Origin: Pseudomonadota bacterium
GTDB lineage: Bacteria > Desulfobacterota > Desulfarculia > Desulfarculales > JAHJDS01
Length of the DNA: 35,204 bases
Assembly: GCA_018812395.1 (NCBI GenBank)
Contig: JAHJDS010000050.1
Coordinates: forward strand, 1 to 35,204
Direction: 5' to 3'
In this document: in pieces, positions 17,114-24,487 of the stretch
How the letters are laid out: each line of letters starts with the position of its first letter
Numbering within the stretch: the stretch's first letter is position 1
Notes under the pieces: model-generated
What the model was told of the DNA's origin: nothing
The model's database searches: none
Seen by the model: only the letters and a program-made list of their open reading frames with translations
Program-made: the position numbers and the translations under genes

Positions 17114-17148
17114 TTGGGAGTATTTATTTCCTCCACCGTGGAGCGAAC

Positions 17149-17700
17149 ATGAGCGGGCTGCGGCCGTGGACGGTCAAGAACAAACGGAAAGTGGCCGACT
17201 GCAAGGTCTTCGAGGCGTACGAAGTCCTGAGCCAGTCGCCCTACGATCAGAGCCTTCATCCCTTTTATCTGCTCCATACCGGCGACTGGGTGAACGTCAT
17301 CCCCCTGACCGGCGACGAGCGGGTGGTCCTGGTCAGACAGTGGCGCCACGGGTCGCGTCAGTTCACGCTCGAGGTCCCGGGCGGACTGGTGGAGGGCGGT
17401 CTGGAACCCCTGGCCGCGGCCCAGGAGGAACTGATCGAGGAGACCGGGCGCCGGGCCGCGACGTGGGAATCCCTGGGTCACGTCAATCCCAATCCGGCCC
17501 TGTTCGACAACCGGCTGCACACCTTTTTGGCCACCGATCTCTGCCGGGTGGGCTCGGTGACGGTCACCGACACCGAACGGACCGAGGTGGAGCTGGTGCC
17601 GCTGGCCGAGGTGCCAGAACTCATCCGACGGGGCGTGATCGATCACGCCCTGGTAGTCAGCGCCTTTGCCTTGCTGTTCGTCCGGCGGGGGCCGGGTTGA
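17149..17700 (+). CDS. NUDIX hydrolase, ADP-ribose pyrophosphatase-like
   Basis: The Nudix box region is PGGLVEGGLEPLAAAQEELIEETG. The core reads EELIEE rather than REUXEE. The overall layout (WVNVIPLTGDERVVLVRQWRHG...FTLEVPGG...HTFLA) resembles the NudF/ADPRase family. I use the internal ATG with an SD; the track ORF begins at TTG 17035. Confidence 0.8.
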   Translation: MSGLRPWTVKNKRKVADCKVFEAYEVLSQSPYDQSLHPFYLLHTGDWVNVIPLTGDERVVLVRQWRHGSRQFTLEVPGGLVEGGLEPLAAAQEELIEETGRRAATWESLGHVNPNPALFDNRLHTFLATDLCRVGSVTVTDTERTEVELVPLAEVPELIRRGVIDHALVVSAFALLFVRRGPG

Positions 17701-17732
17701 CCCTGTTGGGAAAAGGTGTATATACTTAGCTG

Positions 17733-18158
17733 ATGATTGCCTTTGATTTGACTTGCGAAAACGACCACGTCTTCGAGGGCTGGTTTCAAAGCGCCGCCGC
17801 CTTCGAGGAGCAGTTGGTCAAAGGGCTGGTCGAGTGTCCGCTGTGCGGATCGACCGGCGTCACCCGCCATTTCACGCCCTTTGGCATCAAACGGGACCGG
17901 ACGTCGTCGGAGAGCGCGCCGACCGAGGCCCATCTCCGGGAAACGGCCCGGAAGATCGTTCACTTTTTCGAGACGAACTTCGAGGACGTGGGGCCGAGCT
18001 TTGCCACCGAGGCCTTGAAAATGGCCTACGGCGCCATCGAGCCGCGAAACATCCGGGGCGTCACCTCCGAGGAGGAGGAAAAGACGCTGATCGACGAGGG
18101 CGTCCCCTTCTTCAAACTGCCCCTGCCCGACAAGAAGCCGACGACCGGCGAGCATTAG
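17733..18158 (+). CDS. DUF1178-family zinc-ribbon protein
   Basis: MIAFDLTCENDHVFEGWFQSAAAFEEQLVKGLVECPLCGSTGV matches the characteristic DUF1178 N-terminus (C-x2-H ... C-x2-C) as I recall it. Confidence 0.75.
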   Translation: MIAFDLTCENDHVFEGWFQSAAAFEEQLVKGLVECPLCGSTGVTRHFTPFGIKRDRTSSESAPTEAHLRETARKIVHFFETNFEDVGPSFATEALKMAYGAIEPRNIRGVTSEEEEKTLIDEGVPFFKLPLPDKKPTTGEH

Positions 18159-18205
18159 GGGCCGCATCCGACCGGGCTCGGTGGGCCACCACTTAAAATC
18201 AGAAT

Positions 18206-18233
18206 AAACGACGCCCACCGGCGTCGTTTTTTT
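18206..18233 (+). terminator. Rho-independent terminator between convergent DUF1178 and enoyl-CoA hydratase genes
   Basis: AAACGACGCC (18206..18215), loop CACC, GGCGTCGTTT (18220..18229). The stem runs into a T-tract of 7 T (18227..18233). Confidence 0.7.
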
Positions 18234-18274
18234 CTGGCCACGAGTCCGGCCGAACCGGCCCCTGGCCGATCAGA

Positions 18275-19084
18275 CTAATCCCTGAACCGGGGCGGGCGTT
18301 TCTCGAAAAAGGAGGCGATGCCCTCCCGGAAATCGGCCCTGGCCGACAGCTCGACGATGTGCCTCCGCTCGTCCTCGACGATTCTTTCCAGATCGGGGTA
18401 GAAGGCCCGATGCAGCAGGGCCTTGGTCCGGGCCAGGGCCAGCCGGGGTCTGGCCGCCAGGTCCAGGGCCAGCTTTTGGGCCTCGTCCAGAACCGCGCCG
18501 TCGTCCACGACCCGGTTGACCAGTCCCCAGGCCAGCCCTTCCTCGGCGCTGATCGACCCGCCGAGCATCAAAAATTCGGTGGCCCGCTTGTGCCCCATGA
18601 GCAGCGGCAGGAAGGCGGCCAGCCCGCCGTCCGGGGAAAAGCCGATCCTGATGTAGGCCGAATCCAGCCGGGCCGACCGGGCGGCCACGACCAGGTCGCA
18701 GGCCATGGCCCAGGCCAGGCCGCCGCCGCTGGCCACGCCGTTCATGGCGCAGACGACCGGCTTGTCCAGGCGGCGGATGGCCAGGACGGTGGCGTTCAGC
18801 CACCGGGTGATGTTCATGAACATCTCGGGCGGCCCCTGGTCCGGATCGGCCTCGATGGCCTCGGCCATGGCCCGAACATTGCCCCCGGCGCTGAAGGCCT
18901 TGCCCCGGCCGGTGAGGATGACCGCCCGCACCCGATCATCCAGGGCCAAGTTCTCCAGGGCCGCCGCCAACTCCGGACCGGAACGGGTATCAAGGGGATT
19001 GAAGATCTGGGGCTGGTTCAAGCTGATCGTGCCCAGCGGCGGTTCGACCTCCAGAATCAGCGTCTCGAATACCGGATCGGCCAT
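18275..19084 (-). CDS. Enoyl-CoA hydratase/isomerase (crotonase) family protein
   Basis: MADPVFETLILEVEPPLGTISLNQP...RAVILTGRGKAFSAGGNV...KPVVCAMNGVASGGGLAWAMACDLVVAA. Start set at ATG 19084, preceded by GGGGAG. The 119-aa extension in track ORF 18275..19441 is R/G-rich shadow overlapping the divergent gene. Confidence 0.85.
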   Translation of the reverse strand: MADPVFETLILEVEPPLGTISLNQPQIFNPLDTRSGPELAAALENLALDDRVRAVILTGRGKAFSAGGNVRAMAEAIEADPDQGPPEMFMNITRWLNATVLAIRRLDKPVVCAMNGVASGGGLAWAMACDLVVAARSARLDSAYIRIGFSPDGGLAAFLPLLMGHKRATEFLMLGGSISAEEGLAWGLVNRVVDDGAVLDEAQKLALDLAARPRLALARTKALLHRAFYPDLERIVEDERRHIVELSARADFREGIASFFEKRPPRFRD

Positions 19085-19186
19085 GGTCGTCTCCCCTCGT
19101 TTTTTTGCCCCCACCTTAGACTTGCGGACCAAAGGTGTCAACCGGTTCGGGCCTCGATCCAGGGGCGCCGGGGCCCCTTTTTGTAG

Positions 19187-19216
19187 TTGTAACCCTCGGG
19201 CGGCTTCTGGTAATGT
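19187..19216 (+). promoter_or_regulatory. Candidate sigma70 promoter placed so that transcription would start at or next to the ATG of the next gene (leaderless candidate)
   Basis: TTGTAA (19187..19192), N18, TAATGT (19211..19216). The A of ATG 19223 is 7 nt past the -10 hexamer, and no SD is present in GGGTCC. Confidence 0.35.
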
Positions 19217-19222
19217 GGGTCC

Positions 19223-20059
19223 ATGTCTGTGGCCCGAAAGAAAGCGGCGCCGGCCAAAAAGGCCAAGGGTCCCGTGGAAAGCGTCAAGCCCGACCCCCAG
19301 GACGCCGAGCAAAAGCCGGCCCCGGCCGCTCCGAAAGCCAAGGCCAAAGGCGGCCCCCAGGCGCCGGCCGAGGATTCCGGTACGGGCAAAGGCGAGAGCG
19401 GTCCTCTGTCGCCGTCCGGGTCCGGTCCGGCCCGGGAACAACCGGTCCAGACCCCCTCGTCAGGTCGGGGTGACAGGCCCGGCCCGCTGGTCCACTGGCT
19501 GAAGGGTCTCCCCTGGCCCAAACCGTCTTGGGCCAAGGACCTCTTTCGTCTGAGGCCCTCGGGTCTCGAAACCCTGGTGATACTGCTGATCATCGTTGCG
19601 GCGATAATGGTCGCGGCGCAACTGTTCAGTGGGGGCGAAAAGCCCCAGGCGTCGCCCGGCGCCCTGTCCCAGAGGGCCCAGCGAAGACTGCCGCCCAGTC
19701 TGATCCAGGCCATCAACGCCCTGGAACGAAACGCCCAGGCGGACCGCCGGATCATTTCCCGCCTTCAGGGAAGGCTGGACAGCCTCAAGATGCAGATCAG
19801 CGATCTCAAGGACCTGATCAAGGCCCAAGCGGCCGCTTCGTCCAAACCACCGGACAGCGTGTCCCCGTCCCCGTCCTCGTCCTTGGCGCCGCCGGGCGCC
19901 CCCGGGGCCGTGGCCCCTCCCCGGCCGGCGCCCCCGGCCGCACGCCCGGTGGCCGGACCGAACCGGCGCCTGACCGATCTGGAAATAAGGCTGGATGACC
20001 TCAGCCGGAAGGTAAAGCGGCTGGAAAGACTCCTGAGGAGATCCCGCCGTCCTCGATGA
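19223..20059 (+). CDS. Hypothetical single-pass membrane protein with a Lys/Ala/Pro-rich N-terminal tail and coiled-coil C-terminal region
   Basis: N-terminus: MSVARKKAAPAKKAKGPVESVKPD...APKAKAKGG. One hydrophobic helix: LETLVILLIIVAAIMVAAQLF. Heptad-like segments: RIISRLQGRLDSLKMQISDLKDLIKAQ and RRLTDLEIRLDDLSRKVKRLERLLRR. The stop overlaps the next ATG (ATGA at 20056..20059). Confidence 0.6.
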   Translation: MSVARKKAAPAKKAKGPVESVKPDPQDAEQKPAPAAPKAKAKGGPQAPAEDSGTGKGESGPLSPSGSGPAREQPVQTPSSGRGDRPGPLVHWLKGLPWPKPSWAKDLFRLRPSGLETLVILLIIVAAIMVAAQLFSGGEKPQASPGALSQRAQRRLPPSLIQAINALERNAQADRRIISRLQGRLDSLKMQISDLKDLIKAQAAASSKPPDSVSPSPSSSLAPPGAPGAVAPPRPAPPAARPVAGPNRRLTDLEIRLDDLSRKVKRLERLLRRSRRPR

Positions 20060-21534
20060 CCAGCAACACCCCGACCGCCTCCCTCGCCGCCCTGGCCCAA
20101 AACGCCCGTTACCTCCTGGAGCGGGCCGGTCTGGGTGATCTGGCCGCCCTGGCCGCCCGCCGGGGGTCCGCCTTGTACCTCTGCGGCGGCACGGTGCGCG
20201 ATCTCCTGTTGGACCGGCCGGCCGGCGACCCGCCGGACGTGGACCTGGCCGTGGACGGTCGGGTCTGGGCCCTCGGCCGCGATCTGGCGTCGCTCCTCGG
20301 CGGCCGGTTCGTGCCTCTTGATGAAGAACACGACACCGCCCGCGTCGTCTGCCCCCGAGTCCAAATCGACCTGGTCGGTCTCCGGGCGCCGACCATCGAG
20401 GGAGACCTCCTGGCCCGGGACTTCACCATCAACGCCCTGGCCGCGCCGGTGGACAACCTGGAGGGTTTCCTGGACCCGACCGGCGGACTCAATGATCTGG
20501 ACCAAAAGATCATTCGGCACATCGCCGATGAAAATCTGAGTGAAGACCCGTTGAGGCTGATGCGGGCCTTCCGGTTCATGGCCCAACTGGGCTTCGAGAT
20601 CCACCCCCGAACCAAGGCGGCCATCGCGTCGCGGGCCGAACTGGTCGCGGGGCCGGCGGCCGAAAGGACGCTCAGCGAGCTGTACCTCATCCTCGAGGCC
20701 CCGGGCGCGGCCGAGGCCGTGGTGGCCATGGACCAGACCGGCCTGTTGGCCCGCCTTTTCCCCGAACTCGAGGCCGGCCGGGACATGGACCAGAATCCGG
20801 GCCATCACCTCAGCGTACGGGATCACCTGATCGAGACCTGTTGCCAGGCGGCGCGGCTGCTGGCCGATCCGGCCGGGCGGTTCGGTCCTTTGGCCGAAGA
20901 GGTCCGGCGTTACGCCGGTCCCCGGCGTCGCCACGTCCTGCTGGCGGCGCTGCTCCACGACCTGGGCAAACCGGACACCAAGCAGGTCGAGGCGCGGGAC
21001 GAGGGTCCCTGGGCCACCTTCTACAAACACGAGTCCGTGGGGGAGAAGGCCTGGTCCGAGATCGCCCGCCGCCTGAGAGTGTCCCGGGCGGACGCGGCCG
21101 TCATCGGGCGGCTGGTCAAGCTGCACATGCGGCCCTGGCATCTGGCCGGCCTGAACCGGGAGGCCGCCCTCAGCACCCGGGCCGTCAACCGGATGGTCCT
21201 GGCCGTTGGCGACGATCTGGTCGGGCTGTTCATCGTCGCCCTGGCCGACGCCCGGGCCGCCCGGGGGCCGGCCCGGCCGCCCCGGCTCGAGGCCGAGATC
21301 CTGGACCTGTGCGCCTCGGCCCTACGGCGACAGGCCGAGATCATCCGGCCCGCCCTGGCCAGTCCGCTGCTCGACGGCCGCCAGGTCATGGAACTGATGG
21401 ACCTCCCGCCCGGGCCGCGGGTGGGTCAGCTCCTGGCCGCGCTCCAGGAAGCCCAGTTGCAGGGGCTGATCGTTGAAGCCGATCAGGCCCGGCAGTGGTT
21501 GAGGGAAAACGCCCCCTCGATCACCGGGAGCTAG
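20056..21534 (+). CDS. cca: CCA-adding tRNA nucleotidyltransferase / poly(A) polymerase family protein with an HD domain
   Basis: LYLCGGTVRDLLLDRPAGDPPDVDLAV (GG-x-VRD plus DxD), ARDFTINALA and EDPLRLMRAFRF, followed by the HD domain (GHHLSVRDH...LLAALLHDLGKP). Confidence 0.8.
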   Translation: MTSNTPTASLAALAQNARYLLERAGLGDLAALAARRGSALYLCGGTVRDLLLDRPAGDPPDVDLAVDGRVWALGRDLASLLGGRFVPLDEEHDTARVVCPRVQIDLVGLRAPTIEGDLLARDFTINALAAPVDNLEGFLDPTGGLNDLDQKIIRHIADENLSEDPLRLMRAFRFMAQLGFEIHPRTKAAIASRAELVAGPAAERTLSELYLILEAPGAAEAVVAMDQTGLLARLFPELEAGRDMDQNPGHHLSVRDHLIETCCQAARLLADPAGRFGPLAEEVRRYAGPRRRHVLLAALLHDLGKPDTKQVEARDEGPWATFYKHESVGEKAWSEIARRLRVSRADAAVIGRLVKLHMRPWHLAGLNREAALSTRAVNRMVLAVGDDLVGLFIVALADARAARGPARPPRLEAEILDLCASALRRQAEIIRPALASPLLDGRQVMELMDLPPGPRVGQLLAALQEAQLQGLIVEADQARQWLRENAPSITGS

Positions 21535-22058
21535 GGCTTCAACTCGGCCAGGGCCCGTTCGAACTCGGCCAAGGTCTCCTGACCGTACAGGCAGAAGACC
21601 ACCCGCTCGAGAACCGTCTCGCCCCGCAGATGATCGACGGCCGTCCGGAGCATGATCCGGGCCGCCCGGTCCACCGGAAAGCCGAAGACGCCGGTGCTGA
21701 TGGCCGGGAAGGCGATTGATTTGACGCCGGTTTCCTCGCACCGGAGCAGACTCTGTTTGGTGGCGCCGGCCAGCTTTTGGTCCTCGTCGCCCTCGCCCTG
21801 GCGCGGCCCCACGGCGTGGATGACGTACCTGGCCTTCAGGTCGCCGGCGCCGGTGATGACCGCCCCGCCGACGTGGGTGCCGCCGATCCGGTCGCACTCG
21901 GCCTGAATGGACGGCCCGCCTTTGTGGCGGATGGCCCCGGCCACGCCGGCCCCCAGGACGAGTTGGGCGTTGGCCGCGTTGACGATGGCCTCGGTGTCCA
22001 TCTCGGTGATGTCGCCACCGATCAACTCCAACTTGGTCTGGTTGATCGTGACTTCCAT
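21531..22058 (-). CDS. Macro domain protein (O-acetyl-ADP-ribose deacetylase / YmdB-like)
   Basis: LELIGGDITEMDTEAIVNAANAQLVLGAGVAGAIRHKGG...YVIHAVGP...IAFPAISTGVFGFP are canonical macro-domain motifs. Confidence 0.85.
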   Translation of the reverse strand: MEVTINQTKLELIGGDITEMDTEAIVNAANAQLVLGAGVAGAIRHKGGPSIQAECDRIGGTHVGGAVITGAGDLKARYVIHAVGPRQGEGDEDQKLAGATKQSLLRCEETGVKSIAFPAISTGVFGFPVDRAARIMLRTAVDHLRGETVLERVVFCLYGQETLAEFERALAELKP

Positions 22059-22093
22059 GTGCCCCCTCCTTGATTCGTCCCGGCCTAAAAAGG

Positions 22094-22122
22094 TTGTTCG
22101 GGCTCTTAAAAAAGATTAAAAT
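22094..22122 (+). promoter_or_regulatory. Candidate sigma70 promoter for the 4-TM membrane protein gene
   Basis: TTGTTC (22094..22099), N17, TAAAAT (22117..22122). The -10 ends only 2 nt before ATG 22125. If the promoter is real, the second in-frame ATG (22131) would be the start, on a leaderless or near-leaderless mRNA. Confidence 0.3.
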
Positions 22123-22124
22123 GC

Positions 22125-22874
22125 ATGACCATGGAACAGGCAACCGAAAAAGAGAAAGAGCGGCGCAAAAAAGTCGCGGCCGGAGTGGCCAGCGTGATCG
22201 CCAGTCTGATGCTGTTCGCGGCCATCGCCGGCGGGGTCTACGGCACCATTTACGTCCTCAACTACGACCTCCACACCGCCTATAACAAACTGAACGACGT
22301 CTGCATCACTTTCCACCAGAAGACGGCCGACCAGCCCGAAAAGAAATGGTGCGCCAGCCAGATCCTGCGGGCCATCAACCCCTCGGCCCACCGGCCGGAG
22401 ACCAAGATGACCATCGGCCAGGCCCTGGACGACTACCTCAACGTCCCGGCCGGCCTGGTGACGCAGATCTCCCGGAAAATCATCGACGACTTCCTGGGCG
22501 CCCAGGGCCGGGTCATCGCCCGGGTGGGGTTGTGGCTCTTCTTCGCCCTGATGTTCATGGCCTTTTTCCGGGTCTTCACCTTTATGGGCTATTTCCGGTC
22601 GATGCGGGCCGCCTTGTTCAGCGCGGCGGTGCTCTACGCCCTGTTGCCCAACCCGACCGGGCGGATATGGGACGAGGTCCTCTTCCTGGCCATCGCCACG
22701 GCCTTGATCGTCATCCGCGCCGCCTACGTTCAGCGAAAACGTCGGCGCCGGAAGGCCAAGGAGGCCGGGGGGGCGGACGACAAGGAACAGGGTCCCCCGA
22801 CGCCGCCCGGACCGGAATCCAGACGGGGGCCCGAGGCCGATATCTTCTTCCGGCCGCATGAGGAGTCGGCTTAG
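22125..22874 (+). CDS. Hypothetical integral membrane protein (about four TM helices, basic C-terminal tail)
   Basis: Hydrophobic helices: VAAGVASVIASLMLFAAIAGGVYGTIYVL, VGLWLFFALMFMAFFRVFTFMGYF, ALFSAAVLYALL and VLFLAIATALIVIRAAYV. These are followed by QRKRRRRKAKE. Codon bias is consistent with coding. Confidence 0.65.
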   Translation: MTMEQATEKEKERRKKVAAGVASVIASLMLFAAIAGGVYGTIYVLNYDLHTAYNKLNDVCITFHQKTADQPEKKWCASQILRAINPSAHRPETKMTIGQALDDYLNVPAGLVTQISRKIIDDFLGAQGRVIARVGLWLFFALMFMAFFRVFTFMGYFRSMRAALFSAAVLYALLPNPTGRIWDEVLFLAIATALIVIRAAYVQRKRRRRKAKEAGGADDKEQGPPTPPGPESRRGPEADIFFRPHEESA

Positions 22875-22894
22875 GACCCCGCCACGGCCTCGCC

Positions 22895-23063
22895 CTCACG
22901 TTATGAGAGCGTTGTAAAACGCTCTCATAACCGGGACATGGATGTCCCGGCAAATCGCGTAGGTTTTTAAACCGTAGCGATTTGAAGGACTTACAAAAAC
23001 CACGCTTTTTGTAAGTCCGTGGTTGCAAAAGTCAGGACGACTTTTGCAACGCTCACGTTATGA
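22895..23063. repeat. AT-rich intergenic element with five consecutive hairpins/palindromes, bounded by a 12-nt direct repeat (MITE/REP-like element or structured RNA)
   Basis: The direct repeat CTCACGTTATGA occurs at 22895..22906 and 23052..23063. H1: 22900..22913 / 22918..22931, 14 bp perfect, GTAA loop. H2: palindrome CCGGGACAT-gg-ATGTCCCGG, 22931..22950. H3: CAAATCGC 22951..22958 / GCGATTTG 22977..22984. H4: GGACTTACAAAAA 22987..22999 / 23006..23018, 13 bp perfect. H5: GTTGCAAAAGTC 23022..23033 / 23039..23050, 12 bp perfect. My hand count gives 77 G+C of 169 nt (about 46%), against much GC-richer flanks. Confidence 0.6.
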
Positions 23064-23129
23064 CCTTGGCCAGCCCCTGGTGGTGCGATTCATGAGTCCA
23101 TATCATCAGACACCGACCGCCAAACGCCG

Positions 23130-24476
23130 ATGAGCCGCCTGGACCTGACCGACCACCAGACCTACGTCGCCTCCTGCGTCGAGCTGGCTGACCGGCGACT
23201 GGGGTCCTATTCATCCCTGGACCGGATCGCCCTTGACCAGGACCGCCTCAACCGCTACGATCGTCTGGACCAACTCCAGCCGCCGCGGGAAATCCTGACC
23301 CTCGACCAGATCGAGTTGGACCGGGGCCGGGCCGTCCGGATGATCCTGGGCGGCGGCCTGCTGGCCGAGCACACCGCCGCCGGCGAGGCCACCCGCCTGG
23401 GACTGGGTCCCAAGTTCCTGATCAATCCCGCCCGGGACCTGAACCCGACCAAAATCGCCGAACTCATGTCCCGGGACCCGGGCCAAGAGATCACCGCCTC
23501 GGACCTGCAAAATGACCTGGACCTCCCGCCCCGAGAACTGACGCCATTGTCCCTGGGACAGAGACATCTGATCCAGTCGGCCTTTGACCTGGCCGTCCTG
23601 GCCCGGGAGCGCGGTCAGGACTTCCGCCAGGTCCTCGGCCAACAGCGGCTGCTGATCGTGGTCAGTGAAACCAGCGCCGACGAGATAACGGCCCAGGTTC
23701 AATACGCCCGGTTCTTCGGCTTCGAGCCCCGCCACGTCTACCTCATGGTCCAGCGGGCCTATCACGGTATCTCGCGGGGGAAGCGGGGGTTCTACTATGA
23801 CCTTGACTCGCCCCGCCGCCTCCACAACCACGGCCAGATGGCCATGCAGCAGACCATGGACCGACAGTGGTTCTGGTTCTCGGGCGACAACCCCGAATAC
23901 CTCGAGGCGGCCGAGTTCGAGGACATCCTGGGCGGGATGAGCGACAAGGTGTCGTATAATATCGAAAACCTGGACTATTTGACCGGCTCGATCGACCTGG
24001 AATCCTTGGCCCTGGCCCTCGATCTCAAAGATGAGGGCGTGAACATGGTCATGGAGGTGGTGGGCAACGATCCCGATCAGCCCCAGAAAGGGGGTCTGGC
24101 CGCCTTCGACCCCGGACTCGACCGGGACGTCATGGTCGAGAGCTTTCAGCTCGAGGGCTTCCGAAACGAGGACATCACCTTTTTGAACAAGAACTTCAAC
24201 CATTACCCCGACCCGGTGGTCGCCTGGCGCAGCCTGCGGGACGAGCAGCTGCCCATGCCCATCGTTGTCAAGGACGGTTTTTTGTACTACCAGCCCGTCC
24301 AGGGCGATCTGAACTTTCAACTACCGACCCGGTTTTTCCGCCGGCGCGAGCTGAGCCCCATCTCGGCCTGGAAGTCAGGGGCCGACACGCCGGCGGCCCT
24401 GAACGCCATGGCCGCCCAGGACCGTCAGCCCCATTTCGCGGCCTTTGTCCGCGAGGTCACCGGATTGGTCAAGTGA
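23130..24476 (+). CDS. Hypothetical protein, possibly a UDPGP-family (UTP-sugar-1-phosphate uridylyltransferase-like) nucleotidyltransferase
   Basis: 448 aa with good codon bias. ILGGGLLAEHTAAGEATRLGLGPKF resembles the L-x2-G-x-G-T-x-(L/M)-G-x4-PK pyrophosphorylase loop with an insertion. HNHGQMAM and YNIENLDYL resemble the GHG and DN motifs. This is a weak assignment by eye. Confidence 0.45.
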   Translation: MSRLDLTDHQTYVASCVELADRRLGSYSSLDRIALDQDRLNRYDRLDQLQPPREILTLDQIELDRGRAVRMILGGGLLAEHTAAGEATRLGLGPKFLINPARDLNPTKIAELMSRDPGQEITASDLQNDLDLPPRELTPLSLGQRHLIQSAFDLAVLARERGQDFRQVLGQQRLLIVVSETSADEITAQVQYARFFGFEPRHVYLMVQRAYHGISRGKRGFYYDLDSPRRLHNHGQMAMQQTMDRQWFWFSGDNPEYLEAAEFEDILGGMSDKVSYNIENLDYLTGSIDLESLALALDLKDEGVNMVMEVVGNDPDQPQKGGLAAFDPGLDRDVMVESFQLEGFRNEDITFLNKNFNHYPDPVVAWRSLRDEQLPMPIVVKDGFLYYQPVQGDLNFQLPTRFFRRRELSPISAWKSGADTPAALNAMAAQDRQPHFAAFVREVTGLVK

Positions 24477-24487
24477 GGGCGACCCCC

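Noticed and set aside
18275-19441. Long (388-aa) version of the enoyl-CoA hydratase ORF
   Set aside because: The first 119 residues are R/G-rich and overlap the divergent gene and its promoter. The crotonase fold begins at MADPVFETL (ATG 19084), which has its own GGGGAG SD.
19765-21141. 458-aa minus-strand ORF
   Set aside because: Antisense to the cca-like gene, which has clear nucleotidyltransferase and HD motifs. The composition is G/P/R-rich.
22903-23095. Mini-ORFs inside or after the hairpin element: MRAL (22903..22917), MDVPANRVGF (22938..22970) and MTLASPWWCDS (23060..23095, tandem Trp codons)
   Set aside because: None has an SD. Such short ORFs are expected by chance in AT-richer sequence, and the downstream genes are not Trp-related. 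I mention them only as a possible attenuation-peptide idea to keep in mind.
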